Positions 1 to 8,024 of a stretch of 64,000 bases of DNA are shown here, piece after piece. The notes under the pieces are model-generated. The model searched no databases and was not told the DNA's origin. It saw nothing but the letters and a program-made list of their open reading frames with translations. A program made the translations under genes and the position numbers. Source of the stretch: Gemmatimonadota bacterium (GTDB lineage Bacteria; Gemmatimonadota; Gemmatimonadetes; Gemmatimonadales; Gemmatimonadaceae); NCBI GenBank assembly GCA_031372565.1, contig JANMLN010000002.1, positions 1-64,000 on the forward strand, in the 5' to 3' direction. Each line of letters starts with the position of its first letter. The first letter of the stretch is position 1.

Positions 1-21
1 GCGAAGGAGCTGCAGTACACT

Positions 22-229
22 GTCGTCCTGAGCGCAGCGAAGGACCTGCTTCTGGTTTGTCGTCGTGCGTGCGCGAAAAAGCAGGTCCTTCGACTGCGCG
101 CCCCGCCGGGGCGCTTCGCTCAGGACGACGGGGGAGCGAAGGACCTGCTTCTGGTTTGTCGTCGTGCGTGCGCGAAAAAGCAGGTCCTTCGACTGCGCGC
201 CCCGCCGGGGCGCTTCGCTCAGGACGACG
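22..229. repeat. REP-like palindromic doublet, tandemly duplicated (95-bp identical direct repeat at 36-130 and 135-229)
   Basis: Arm GTCGTCCTGAGCGCAGCGAAGGACCTGCT at 22-50; the inverted arm carries an extra GCGCCCCGCCGGGGCGC hairpin; period 99 bp; a further partial arm at 1-13. Confidence 0.9.
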
Positions 230-233
230 CAGC

Positions 234-689
234 TCAGTCCGACGCGGCTCCGTCCGCCGCCAGCGGCTTCCCCTCGTGATCGGCGATCATCACCCACACC
301 GAGCGCGTGCGGCGGGAATAGAACAACCGCACCGTCACGTCGCGCGGCGACTGCTTGAAGGCAAAGTGATACTGGAACGTGGCATCCAGCGATTCATGCA
401 CCACCCCTTCCTTGAACCGCCCATAGAACTGCTGGACCTTGGTGCACGGCGCCACTTCGGTGAAGAAGTGCTTGCCGATCTGTGCCTGCTGCGGCAGCGA
501 GGCCAGGCGCGACTCGACGAGGTTGTACTTGAGGATGCGCCCGCTCGTGTCGAGCTGGATCATGCCATAGGGCAAGGCATCGAGCTCATCCGAGCTCATC
601 CGGTCGACGGCATCGAGCAGCGCGTCCTTGACCGCGTCATCGGGCGACGGCGCGTGGACGGAGGGGTGGGAATCAGGGGAAGTCGTCAT
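234..689 (-). CDS. pyp: Photoactive yellow protein (PYP)-family PAS protein
   Basis: LPYGMIQLDTSGRILKYNLVE...IGKHFFTEVAPCT...FYGRFKEGV matches the PYP signature, with Tyr42, Glu46 and chromophore Cys69 equivalents; ATG at 689 chosen inside ORF 234..905. Confidence 0.85.
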   Translation of the reverse strand: MTTSPDSHPSVHAPSPDDAVKDALLDAVDRMSSDELDALPYGMIQLDTSGRILKYNLVESRLASLPQQAQIGKHFFTEVAPCTKVQQFYGRFKEGVVHESLDATFQYHFAFKQSPRDVTVRLFYSRRTRSVWVMIADHEGKPLAADGAASD

Positions 690-784
690 CTGCGTTGGGC
701 GAAGTCGGAAGTGGCGCATTCGGTTCCCGCGGGCAGTCGTCTCCACGTCACTCATCTGTTTCTTTGCGACGGAGCACGCCGCAC

Positions 785-3700
785 GTGACCGCCGCTGACG
801 CCCAGTACGTCGAACTCCACTGCCACTCGGTCTTTTCACTGCAAGACGGTGCCGGTGAGCCCGAAGCGCTCGTCGCGCGCGCGCGCGACCTCGGCATGCC
901 CGCACTCGCCCTCACCGATCACGACGACCTGGGGGGCGCCGTTCGCTTCTCGCAAGCCGCCGCGACCGCCGGCATTGGCGGGATCCTCGGGGTCGAACTT
1001 ACGCTGCGCGTGCCGGCACGCACGCACCTCGTGCTGCTGGCCGAAACGCGCGAAGGCTACGGCAACCTCTGTACGCTCGTCACGCGCGCGCGGCTCGACA
1101 CCCCGCGCGGCGATCCGTCGGTGACGCTCGATACGCTGGCCCGCCATGCGAACGGGCTCGTCGCGCTCACCGGCTGCCCGCGCGGCTGGGTGCCGCGCCT
1201 CATCGCCCGCGGCGAGGACGATGCCGCCTGCACCGCGCTCGCCACGCTCAGCGACATCTTCGAGCGGCGCGTCTGGGTGGAATGCTGGGACCACCACCTG
1301 GGCGAAGAGCGCGCGATCGTGCGCGGCCTCCTGGCCTGCGCGCGCGCGTTGGCACTGCCCTGGATCGTCACCAACGACGTGCACTACGTGCAGGCGCGCG
1401 ACCGGATCGTGCACGACGTGCTGCTGGCGCTCAAGCACCGGTTGCCGCTCGACCAGATGGGGACGCGCCTCCGCCCCAACGGCGAGTGGTACCTCAAGGG
1501 CGCCGCGCAGATGCGGCGCCGCTGGCAACACGATGACGCCGGCGTGCGCGCCACACTCGATGTCGCGGCGCGATGCGCCTTTCGGCTGGGCGACGTGAAG
1601 CCCGCGCTCCCCGTCTTTGCGCTGCCGCCAGGGGTGAGCGCCGACGAATACCTCGCGCGCCTGGTCGCGCAGGGTGCGCATGAACGGTGGGGCTCGCCGG
1701 GCACCGCGCGCCGCACCCCGAAGCACGACGCGCAGCTGCGCCACGAGCTCGCGATGATCGGGCGGCTCGGACTCGCGGGCTACTTCCTGATCGTGTGGGA
1801 CATCGTGCGCTTTGCGCGACGCGAGGGCATTCTCTGCCAGGGTCGCGGCTCCGCCGCCAACAGCGCCGTGTGCTACTGCCTCGCGATCACGGCGGTGGAT
1901 CCGGTCAAGCTCGAACTCCTGTTCGAGCGGTTCCTGAGCGACGAACGGCAGGAAGCGCCGGACATCGACATCGACATCGCACACGAGGAGCGCGAACGGG
2001 TGCTGCAGTACGTGTACGAGCGCTACGGGCGCGAACATGCGGCGATGGTGTGCGAACACATCACCTGGCGCGGCCGCAGTGCCGTGCGCGACGCCGCCCG
2101 CGTGCTCGGCTTCTCCGTCCAGCAAGCGGATGCGCTCGCGATGTTCAGCGACCGGTTCTCGGCCAAGGCCACCGCCGAGGCGCTGCGCACGGGGAGCGGG
2201 GCCGATCCGTTCGCGCCGGCGCGGGAGGACGCGATGGGGCCGGACAACTACGAGAAGGAGCGCGATGCGGCGCGGGCGCTGGAGCACGCGGCGCGGCGGG
2301 ACGAGCGCGCGGTGTCGGAGCGGTTGGGGCGGTCGTTGGTGCGGGGGACGGAGGCGACGACGGTGGCGCGCGCGGTGAAGGCGGCGGCGCGGGGGGAGGC
2401 GCTGGAGGGGAGCGGAGGACGGCCAAGCACGGCCGACCACAGAGGCACAGACGCCGCACCGAAGGGCACAGGCGCCGCACCGAAGGACACTGCGGCGGGG
2501 AGCGACGGCGATGCGCTGCTCCGGCGCGTGGGGTTGGACCCGCAGGATCATCGCGTGCGCATGTTGCCGATGATCGTCGAGGGGCTGCATCAGGCGCCAC
2601 GCCACCGCTCGATTCACGTGGGCGGCTTCGTGCTCACGCGCGAGCCACTCCTGACCGTTGTCCCCATCGAGCCGGCAAGCATGGCGGATCGCACCGTGAT
2701 CCAGTGGGAAAAAGACGACCTCGATCCCGTGGGCCTCATCAAGATCGACCTGCTGGGCTTGGGGATCCTCACGGTGCTGCAGCGCTGCTTGCGCCATGTC
2801 CGACAGACGCGCGGCATCACGATCGACCTGGGGCAGCTCGACATGGCCGATCAGTCCGTCTTCGATGACATGTGCGCCGCCGATACCATCGGGGTCTTCC
2901 AGATCGAGAGCCGCGCGCAGATGAACACGCTGCCGCGTCTCAAGCCGCGCTGCTTCTACGATCTCGTGGTCGAGGTCGCGCTCATTCGCCCCGGCCCGAT
3001 CCAGGGCGAGATGGTGCACCCGTACCTGCGGCGGCGGAGTGGCGAGGAAGTCGTCACCTATCCGCATCCGTCGCTCGAGCCGATCCTCAAGCGCACACTC
3101 GGCGTGCCGCTCTTCCAGGAGCAGGGGATGCAGGTGGCGATCGCGGCGGCGGGGTTCACGCCGGGACAGGCCGACCTGCTGCGCCGCGCGATGGGGCACA
3201 AGCGGAGCCACGAGCGGATGGCCGCCATCTGCGAAGAGATGATCGAGGGGATGAAGCGGAACGGCATCCCCGACGACGTCGCACGCCGGATCTACAACCA
3301 GATCAATGCCTTTGCCGACTACGGGTTTCCCGAGAGCCATGCGGCGAGCTTTGCGCTGATCGTCTACGCGAGCGCGTACCTGCGCCACTACTATGCGCCC
3401 GAGTACCTCGCCGCGATGCTCAATGCGCAACCGATGGGGTTCTATGCGCCGGGCACGCTGATCGAGGACGCGAAGCGGCACGGGGTGGAGGTGCGCGCGG
3501 TCGATCTCACGGTGAGCGGGTGGGACCATGTGCTGGAGCGCCGGCAGCCGGAGCGCCACCGTCATCCTGAGCGGAGCGCAGGAGCTGCTTCACCCGCACA
3601 CCAGCAGGTCCGTCGCTCCGCCCAGGACGACATGCCCGCCGTGCGCCTCGGCCTCCGTCTCCTCCGCGGACTCGGCAGTGCCGCGCGCACCAAGCTCGAG

Positions 3701-4369
3701 ACCGCACTCGTCGACGGTCCGTTCACGAGCATCGCCGACGTCGTCCATCGCACGCGTCTCGATCGCAAGGCGCTGCGCGTGCTGGCCGAAGCGGGTGCCT
3801 TCGACTCGATGGTGGCGCACGAGCCACCGGAGAAGCGGCGGCGTGCGGCACTCTGGCAAGTCCTGGCCGCCGAGCGTGGGACGGCGGGGCCGCTCGCGCC
3901 GCGTACCGCGAGCGATGCCTCGGGGACGGAGCGCGTGCCAGCCATGACGCGCCTCGCACTCACCGAGGCGGACTATCGCATGACCGGCGTGTCGCTCGCG
4001 GGGCACCCGATGACGCACGCGCGTGCGGCCCTGAAGCGCGAGGGTGCGCGCACGGCGCGCGACCTGCTCACGCACGGCCGCGACGACACGTGGACGACGA
4101 CGGCGGGACTGGTGATCTGCCGTCAACGGCCGGGCACCGCCAAGGGATTCGTCTTTCTCACGTTGGAAGACGAGACCGGGATGCTCAACGTGGTGATCAC
4201 GCCCACGCTCTTCGAGCAGCATGCGCTGCTGGTGACGACAACGCCCCTGCTCGTGGTGCGCGGCGTGCTGCAAGTGGAGGGGTTGGTGGTGAACCTCAAG
4301 GCGCGGGCCTTCCGCGCGCTGGACGTGCAGGCAGGGGCGGAGCACTACCGGAGTCATGATTTCCGGTGA
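785..4369 (+). CDS. dnaE2: Error-prone DNA polymerase III alpha subunit DnaE2
   Basis: PHP domain (YVELHCHS, LTDHD, NDVHY), QGRGSAANS, PDIDID, KIDLLGLG, YGFPESHAASFA, OB fold RQRPGTAKGFVFLTLEDETG, C-terminal SHDFR tail typical of DnaE2; GTG start at 785. Confidence 0.93.
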   Translation: MTAADAQYVELHCHSVFSLQDGAGEPEALVARARDLGMPALALTDHDDLGGAVRFSQAAATAGIGGILGVELTLRVPARTHLVLLAETREGYGNLCTLVTRARLDTPRGDPSVTLDTLARHANGLVALTGCPRGWVPRLIARGEDDAACTALATLSDIFERRVWVECWDHHLGEERAIVRGLLACARALALPWIVTNDVHYVQARDRIVHDVLLALKHRLPLDQMGTRLRPNGEWYLKGAAQMRRRWQHDDAGVRATLDVAARCAFRLGDVKPALPVFALPPGVSADEYLARLVAQGAHERWGSPGTARRTPKHDAQLRHELAMIGRLGLAGYFLIVWDIVRFARREGILCQGRGSAANSAVCYCLAITAVDPVKLELLFERFLSDERQEAPDIDIDIAHEERERVLQYVYERYGREHAAMVCEHITWRGRSAVRDAARVLGFSVQQADALAMFSDRFSAKATAEALRTGSGADPFAPAREDAMGPDNYEKERDAARALEHAARRDERAVSERLGRSLVRGTEATTVARAVKAAARGEALEGSGGRPSTADHRGTDAAPKGTGAAPKDTAAGSDGDALLRRVGLDPQDHRVRMLPMIVEGLHQAPRHRSIHVGGFVLTREPLLTVVPIEPASMADRTVIQWEKDDLDPVGLIKIDLLGLGILTVLQRCLRHVRQTRGITIDLGQLDMADQSVFDDMCAADTIGVFQIESRAQMNTLPRLKPRCFYDLVVEVALIRPGPIQGEMVHPYLRRRSGEEVVTYPHPSLEPILKRTLGVPLFQEQGMQVAIAAAGFTPGQADLLRRAMGHKRSHERMAAICEEMIEGMKRNGIPDDVARRIYNQINAFADYGFPESHAASFALIVYASAYLRHYYAPEYLAAMLNAQPMGFYAPGTLIEDAKRHGVEVRAVDLTVSGWDHVLERRQPERHRHPERSAGAASPAHQQVRRSAQDDMPAVRLGLRLLRGLGSAARTKLETALVDGPFTSIADVVHRTRLDRKALRVLAEAGAFDSMVAHEPPEKRRRAALWQVLAAERGTAGPLAPRTASDASGTERVPAMTRLALTEADYRMTGVSLAGHPMTHARAALKREGARTARDLLTHGRDDTWTTTAGLVICRQRPGTAKGFVFLTLEDETGMLNVVITPTLFEQHALLVTTTPLLVVRGVLQVEGLVVNLKARAFRALDVQAGAEHYRSHDFR
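3561..3631. repeat. REP-like doublet inserted in frame in dnaE2
   Basis: GTCATCCTGAGCGGAGCGCAGGAGCTGCT - 13 nt - AGCAGGTCCGTCGCTCCGCCCAGGACGAC; translated as RHPERSAGAASPAHQQVRRSAQDD. Confidence 0.88.
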
Positions 4370-4653
4370 CGCCACCGCAACACGCGAGTCGCGGCCGGTC
4401 CCAACGCGAACGCGCGGTAGATCGCATGCGTGGGTCCATGGGGTTCGTCTCCAACCAAGGCAGCGCAAGGGTCTCACCGCGTCCCTGCCGCGCGACTGGA
4501 GCGCGCGCGCTCGAATGGGCGGGGACACCGGACGAGGGTACATTCGTGGCGTTCGATGCGCGGTTACGAGGGGCGGCCTCACGCGAAGGGTTCGAGGTCG
4601 TTCCGTAGCGCGCTGCACGCCGTCCGACCGCCATCCCCCCCGCCCCGCCCATC

Positions 4654-5124
4654 ATGCGCCGCTTCGCACTCGCTCTGCTCGTCGCTGTCGCGACCCCGCT
4701 CACCGCGCACGCCCAGGACGCGCGCGCGCAGCTCCTCGCGATCGCCGACTCGGCGCTCGCCGCCATCACCCGGGGCGACGTCGTCGCCCTCACGGACCTG
4801 ATGATCCCGGAAGCCGTGCTCTTCCCGACCAGCGACCGGAATGGCGCACCGACCTACGCCGCGCACACGCGCCAGCAGCAGCGCACGACGCCATTCCGCA
4901 ACAGGATCGTCGAGCGCGGTTGGAACGGCGAAGCGCGCGTGGCTGGACGCACGGGCACCGTCTGGCTGCCGTACGACCTGTACGTGGACGGCGCATGGAG
5001 CCACTGCGGCGTGGACACGTTCCTGTTCGTGGAAACGGCCGGTGGTTGGAAGATCAGCGCGATGAGCTGGAGTGTCGAGCAGCCGCCCGTGTGCCGCAAG
5101 CATCCGAAGGGGCCGCCCGCTTGA
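4654..5124 (+). CDS. Secreted NTF2/SnoaL-like protein
   Basis: Signal peptide ending AHA-Q; VWLPYDLYVDGAWSHCGVDTFLFV...GWKI; paralogous to 26045..26539. Confidence 0.75.
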   Translation: MRRFALALLVAVATPLTAHAQDARAQLLAIADSALAAITRGDVVALTDLMIPEAVLFPTSDRNGAPTYAAHTRQQQRTTPFRNRIVERGWNGEARVAGRTGTVWLPYDLYVDGAWSHCGVDTFLFVETAGGWKISAMSWSVEQPPVCRKHPKGPPA

Positions 5125-5127
5125 TAG

Positions 5128-5288
5128 CCTGAGCGCAGCGGATGTTGTCATCCTGAGCGCAGCGGACGTTGTCATCCTGAGCGCAGCGAAGGATCTGCTT
5201 GTCGCGCGTCAAGAAGCAGGTCCTTCGCTCCGCTCAGGACGACAGCGCGCTCACGCCGACAGCGCGCTCACCACGACCGCGCGCTCAC
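5128..5288. repeat. REP-like doublet (5171-5243) with two upstream 24-bp partial duplications and three downstream GACMGCGCGCTCAC copies
   Basis: Read directly; lies between convergent genes. Confidence 0.9.
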
Positions 5289-6040
5289 GACGACGGCGCG
5301 TACTTCCCCGGGGTCACCCCGGCAAGGCGCCGGAACGCGGCCACGAACGCACTGGTGCTCGCATACCCGACGGCGAATCCGACCAGCGTCACCGTCATCC
5401 CATCGGCCAGCAGCGTCATGGCGTGCACGAGGCGTGCGCGCTGACGCCACGCGCCGAACGAGAGTCCCGTCTCGGCGCGAAACAGGCGCTCGAGTGTTCG
5501 GACGCTCGCATGTGCCTGCTTCGCAATCTCCGCCACAGCTGCGACCGCAGGCTCGGCGCGCACGTACTCGGCGGCGCGCCGAGCGCGCGCGTCAGTTGGC
5601 ATGGGCAGCTCGACCGGCGCGACGCGCACGACGACCAGCTCGTCCAGCAGGAGCGCGAGCAGTCGCCCTTCGACGGGGGTGGTGCGCGTGAGGGTACCGA
5701 GCTGAAGCGCGCGACGCAGCAATTCGCGCAAGAGCGGCGCCACCTGGATCACGGATGGTTCGCGCGGGAGCCGGCGACACAACGCACGCACGAGATACAC
5801 GCGACGGAGCACCCCGTCCCCCGCCATGCGCACATCGTGCGCGACCGTGGGCGGCATCCAGACGGCCTGCTGCGGCGGCACCACCCACAGCGCGCTGCCG
5901 ACGTTGACCGTGATGACGCCGCGCGAGGCCCAGATGAGTTGCCCCCACTCACTCTTGTGTGCGCGCCACGTGTAGCCGGTGCTGAATCCGACCGAGACCG
6001 CGCGCAGTTGCGGCCGAGTGGGTTGGCGAGAATTCGACAT
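5285..6040 (-). CDS. AraC-family transcriptional regulator (cupin + HTH)
   Basis: HKSEWGQLIWASRG, WVVPPQQAVWMPP, SVRTLERLFRAETGLSFGAWRQRARL, VGYASTSAFVAAFRR. Confidence 0.9.
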   Translation of the reverse strand: MSNSRQPTRPQLRAVSVGFSTGYTWRAHKSEWGQLIWASRGVITVNVGSALWVVPPQQAVWMPPTVAHDVRMAGDGVLRRVYLVRALCRRLPREPSVIQVAPLLRELLRRALQLGTLTRTTPVEGRLLALLLDELVVVRVAPVELPMPTDARARRAAEYVRAEPAVAAVAEIAKQAHASVRTLERLFRAETGLSFGAWRQRARLVHAMTLLADGMTVTLVGFAVGYASTSAFVAAFRRLAGVTPGKYAPSS

Positions 6041-6124
6041 TATGTGGCAATCTGGCGCTAGCTCACGCATCCGGCAAATCGTACGTTGTGCGCATCCTCT
6101 CCCTCTCGCCACCGAGGTCGCCGC

Positions 6125-6538
6125 ATGGCCCCGCCGCACCCTCCGCAGTCGCCGGTCCGCCACTTCGCCATTAATGCCGACGATCTCCCACGCGCGCAGC
6201 ACTTTTACGCGCACGTGTTCGGTTGGCAGTTCAACGCGTGGGGTCCGCCCGGCTTCTTCATGATCGAAACGGGCTCGGCGGACACGCCGGCCATTTTCGG
6301 CTCACTGCAGGGCCGACGCACGCTGATCGAGGGCGAGCGCATGAACGGCTTCGAGTGCACGATTGCCGTGCCGGATATCGATGCCGCGGCACGGGCCATC
6401 GTCGAGGCGGGGGGGACGATCCTCATGCCCAAGGCCACCATTCCGACCGTTGGACATCTGCTCTGGTTCCGCGATACGGAGGGGAACGTGGCGGGCGCGA
6501 TGCAGCCGGATGCGCGCCCGTTGCGCGATGATGCGTAG
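6125..6538 (+). CDS. VOC/glyoxalase-family protein
   Basis: HFAINADDLPRAQHFYAHVFGW...IPTVGHLLWFRDTEGN. Confidence 0.88.
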   Translation: MAPPHPPQSPVRHFAINADDLPRAQHFYAHVFGWQFNAWGPPGFFMIETGSADTPAIFGSLQGRRTLIEGERMNGFECTIAVPDIDAAARAIVEAGGTILMPKATIPTVGHLLWFRDTEGNVAGAMQPDARPLRDDA

Positions 6539-6574
6539 AGGCGCGGGGGGAGCGACGACAGCGGAGCGACGGGT

Positions 6575-6648
6575 GTCATCCTGAGCGAAGCGAAGGATCT
6601 GCTTGTCGCGAACGACAGAAGCAGGTCCTTCGCTTCGCTCAGGACGAC
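6575..6648. repeat. REP-like doublet
   Basis: GTCATCCTGAGCGAAGCGAAGGATCTGCT...AGCAGGTCCTTCGCTTCGCTCAGGACGAC between convergent genes. Confidence 0.92.
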
Positions 6649-6655
6649 AGCGCGC

Positions 6656-7225
6656 TCACCGTCCGACCGGCATCGTTCCCTTGGGCTCGTTGGCCCCGCG
6701 GTGGCACATCACGCAGGTCGTCTTGTCGTACTCCGCGTCCAGTTCCTTGATGCGGCTCAACTGCACCGTGTTGATCTCGTTCGTCATCGCCTGCATCTGC
6801 AGCGCGATCCGCTTGTTCTTCTTGGAGTCGTCGGGAAAGTTGGTCGTCACGTGGCAGTTGTTGCAGGTCCAGCCAAGCCCGCGGCCGTACTGCGAGTCCA
6901 TCATGCGGAGGAAGTCACCGGCCGGCATCTCTTTCGAGAGCGTCACGTTCTTGAACACGACCCCCGCCGGCTGATTCTCGCGACCCGCGATCGTGCGGAG
7001 CAGCGAATCCACCATCGCTCGGCGCACGGTATCCTGCCGGAACGGGTTGGGGGGCTCGCGTCGACGCGTGGTTCCTGGCTGGGCGCCCGGAGTCTCGGCG
7101 GTGGGAGCGCCCGTCGTCGCGACGCCCGCGGTCGTGCCCGCGGGTGCCGGCGGTTGTGCGGGAGGCGTCGGGGAGCAGGCGATGGCAGCGAGAGTGAGCG
7201 TGGCGAGCAGAACGACGGTACGCAT
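6656..7225 (-). CDS. Diheme c-type cytochrome lipoprotein (reaction-centre cytochrome c subunit-like domain)
   Basis: Lipobox AIAC; VFKNVTL; CNNCH and CVMCH; KRIALQMQAMTNEIN. Confidence 0.8.
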   Translation of the reverse strand: MRTVVLLATLTLAAIACSPTPPAQPPAPAGTTAGVATTGAPTAETPGAQPGTTRRREPPNPFRQDTVRRAMVDSLLRTIAGRENQPAGVVFKNVTLSKEMPAGDFLRMMDSQYGRGLGWTCNNCHVTTNFPDDSKKNKRIALQMQAMTNEINTVQLSRIKELDAEYDKTTCVMCHRGANEPKGTMPVGR

Positions 7226-7335
7226 GCAGCCTCCGACAGGGTGGGTTCTGGGGTGACTCCCCGAAGATAACGATCCGGGGGGCGCGACTGCTGCGCGGGG
7301 TCAGCGATGGAGCGGCGCAGTGCGTTCGGGGTACA

Positions 7336-7364
7336 AGCAGGTCCTCCGCTTCGCTCAGGACGAC
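7336..7364 (-). repeat. Solo REP-like arm
   Basis: AGCAGGTCCTCCGCTTCGCTCAGGACGAC in a divergent intergenic region. Confidence 0.85.
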
Positions 7365-7436
7365 GGGTGCGCGCTGTAGTCGGGCCGCAGCCATTGATAG
7401 ATTGAGCAGGCAACGTCTGCTTCGGCTCCCTCCCTC

Positions 7437-7973
7437 ATGCGACCCGTGACGCCTCCAACGCCGTCCTTGCACGACGACACCGACTGCACCGGTTGCCCTG
7501 TGGACACCGAGCGCCGCGCTTTCTTTCGCACCGCAACGGCCACCGTCGCTGCGGCGCTCGCCGGCCTGGGCGCGGCCCCGCGCATCGCGGAGGCCCTCAT
7601 GGTGCATCGCGTGACCGGGCGCCGCGTTGGCGCGACCGTCAAGTACGCGATTCCTGCCACGGACTCCGTGCAGATCGACAAGGCGAACGAGGTGATCGTG
7701 ATCCGCTGGGAGAAGTCGATCGTCGCGTGCGCGCTCTCCTGTCCGCACCAGAACACGGCGCTGCGCTGGAGCGAGGCGGACAAGCGGTTCATCTGCCCGA
7801 AGCACAAGTCGAACTACACACCGGTCGGCGTGTTCATCGAAGGGCGCGCGACGCGCGGCATGGACCGGTTGGGCATCAGCAAGGTCGGCGGCGACATCCT
7901 GGTCGACCCGGACCAGCTCTTTCGCGAAGACGAGAACCCGGCCGAGTGGAAGGCCGCGCTCCTGGCGGTATAG
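7437..7973 (+). CDS. Tat-exported Rieske [2Fe-2S] protein
   Basis: ERRAFF twin-arginine motif; CPH and CPKH Rieske boxes. Confidence 0.85.
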   Translation: MRPVTPPTPSLHDDTDCTGCPVDTERRAFFRTATATVAAALAGLGAAPRIAEALMVHRVTGRRVGATVKYAIPATDSVQIDKANEVIVIRWEKSIVACALSCPHQNTALRWSEADKRFICPKHKSNYTPVGVFIEGRATRGMDRLGISKVGGDILVDPDQLFREDENPAEWKAALLAV

Positions 7974-8024
7974 CGATGCGCCGCACCGCGGTCGCGCCGT
8001 GCTCGCCGGAGGCGTGAGGCGCCC

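Noticed and set aside
690..784. LexA/SOS box upstream of dnaE2
   Set aside because: CTGTTTCTTTGCGACGG only loosely resembles CTGT-N8-ACAG, with wrong spacing; no convincing palindrome.
57..788. ORFs with duplicated N-termini (57..788, 65..358)
   Set aside because: They are translations of the tandem repeat plus the antisense strand of pyp.
2192..2509. Intein in DnaE2
   Set aside because: No N-terminal Cys/Ser block, no His-Asn C-terminus and no endonuclease motifs.
836..3565. Long antisense or alternate-frame ORFs (e.g. 836..3565, 16286..19615, 57655..59799, 59192..61288)
   Set aside because: Shadow ORFs opposite well-supported genes, expected at this GC content; no recognisable motifs.
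4370..4653. ncRNA or small gene in the 284-bp gap after dnaE2 (GGAG...ATG on the minus strand)
   Set aside because: No recognisable riboswitch or tRNA fold; the short ORFs lack motifs and run into dnaE2.
6656..7225. Evidence of phototrophy from the reaction-centre-like cytochrome and PYP
   Set aside because: Only two hemes and no puf or bch genes; both families occur in non-phototrophs.
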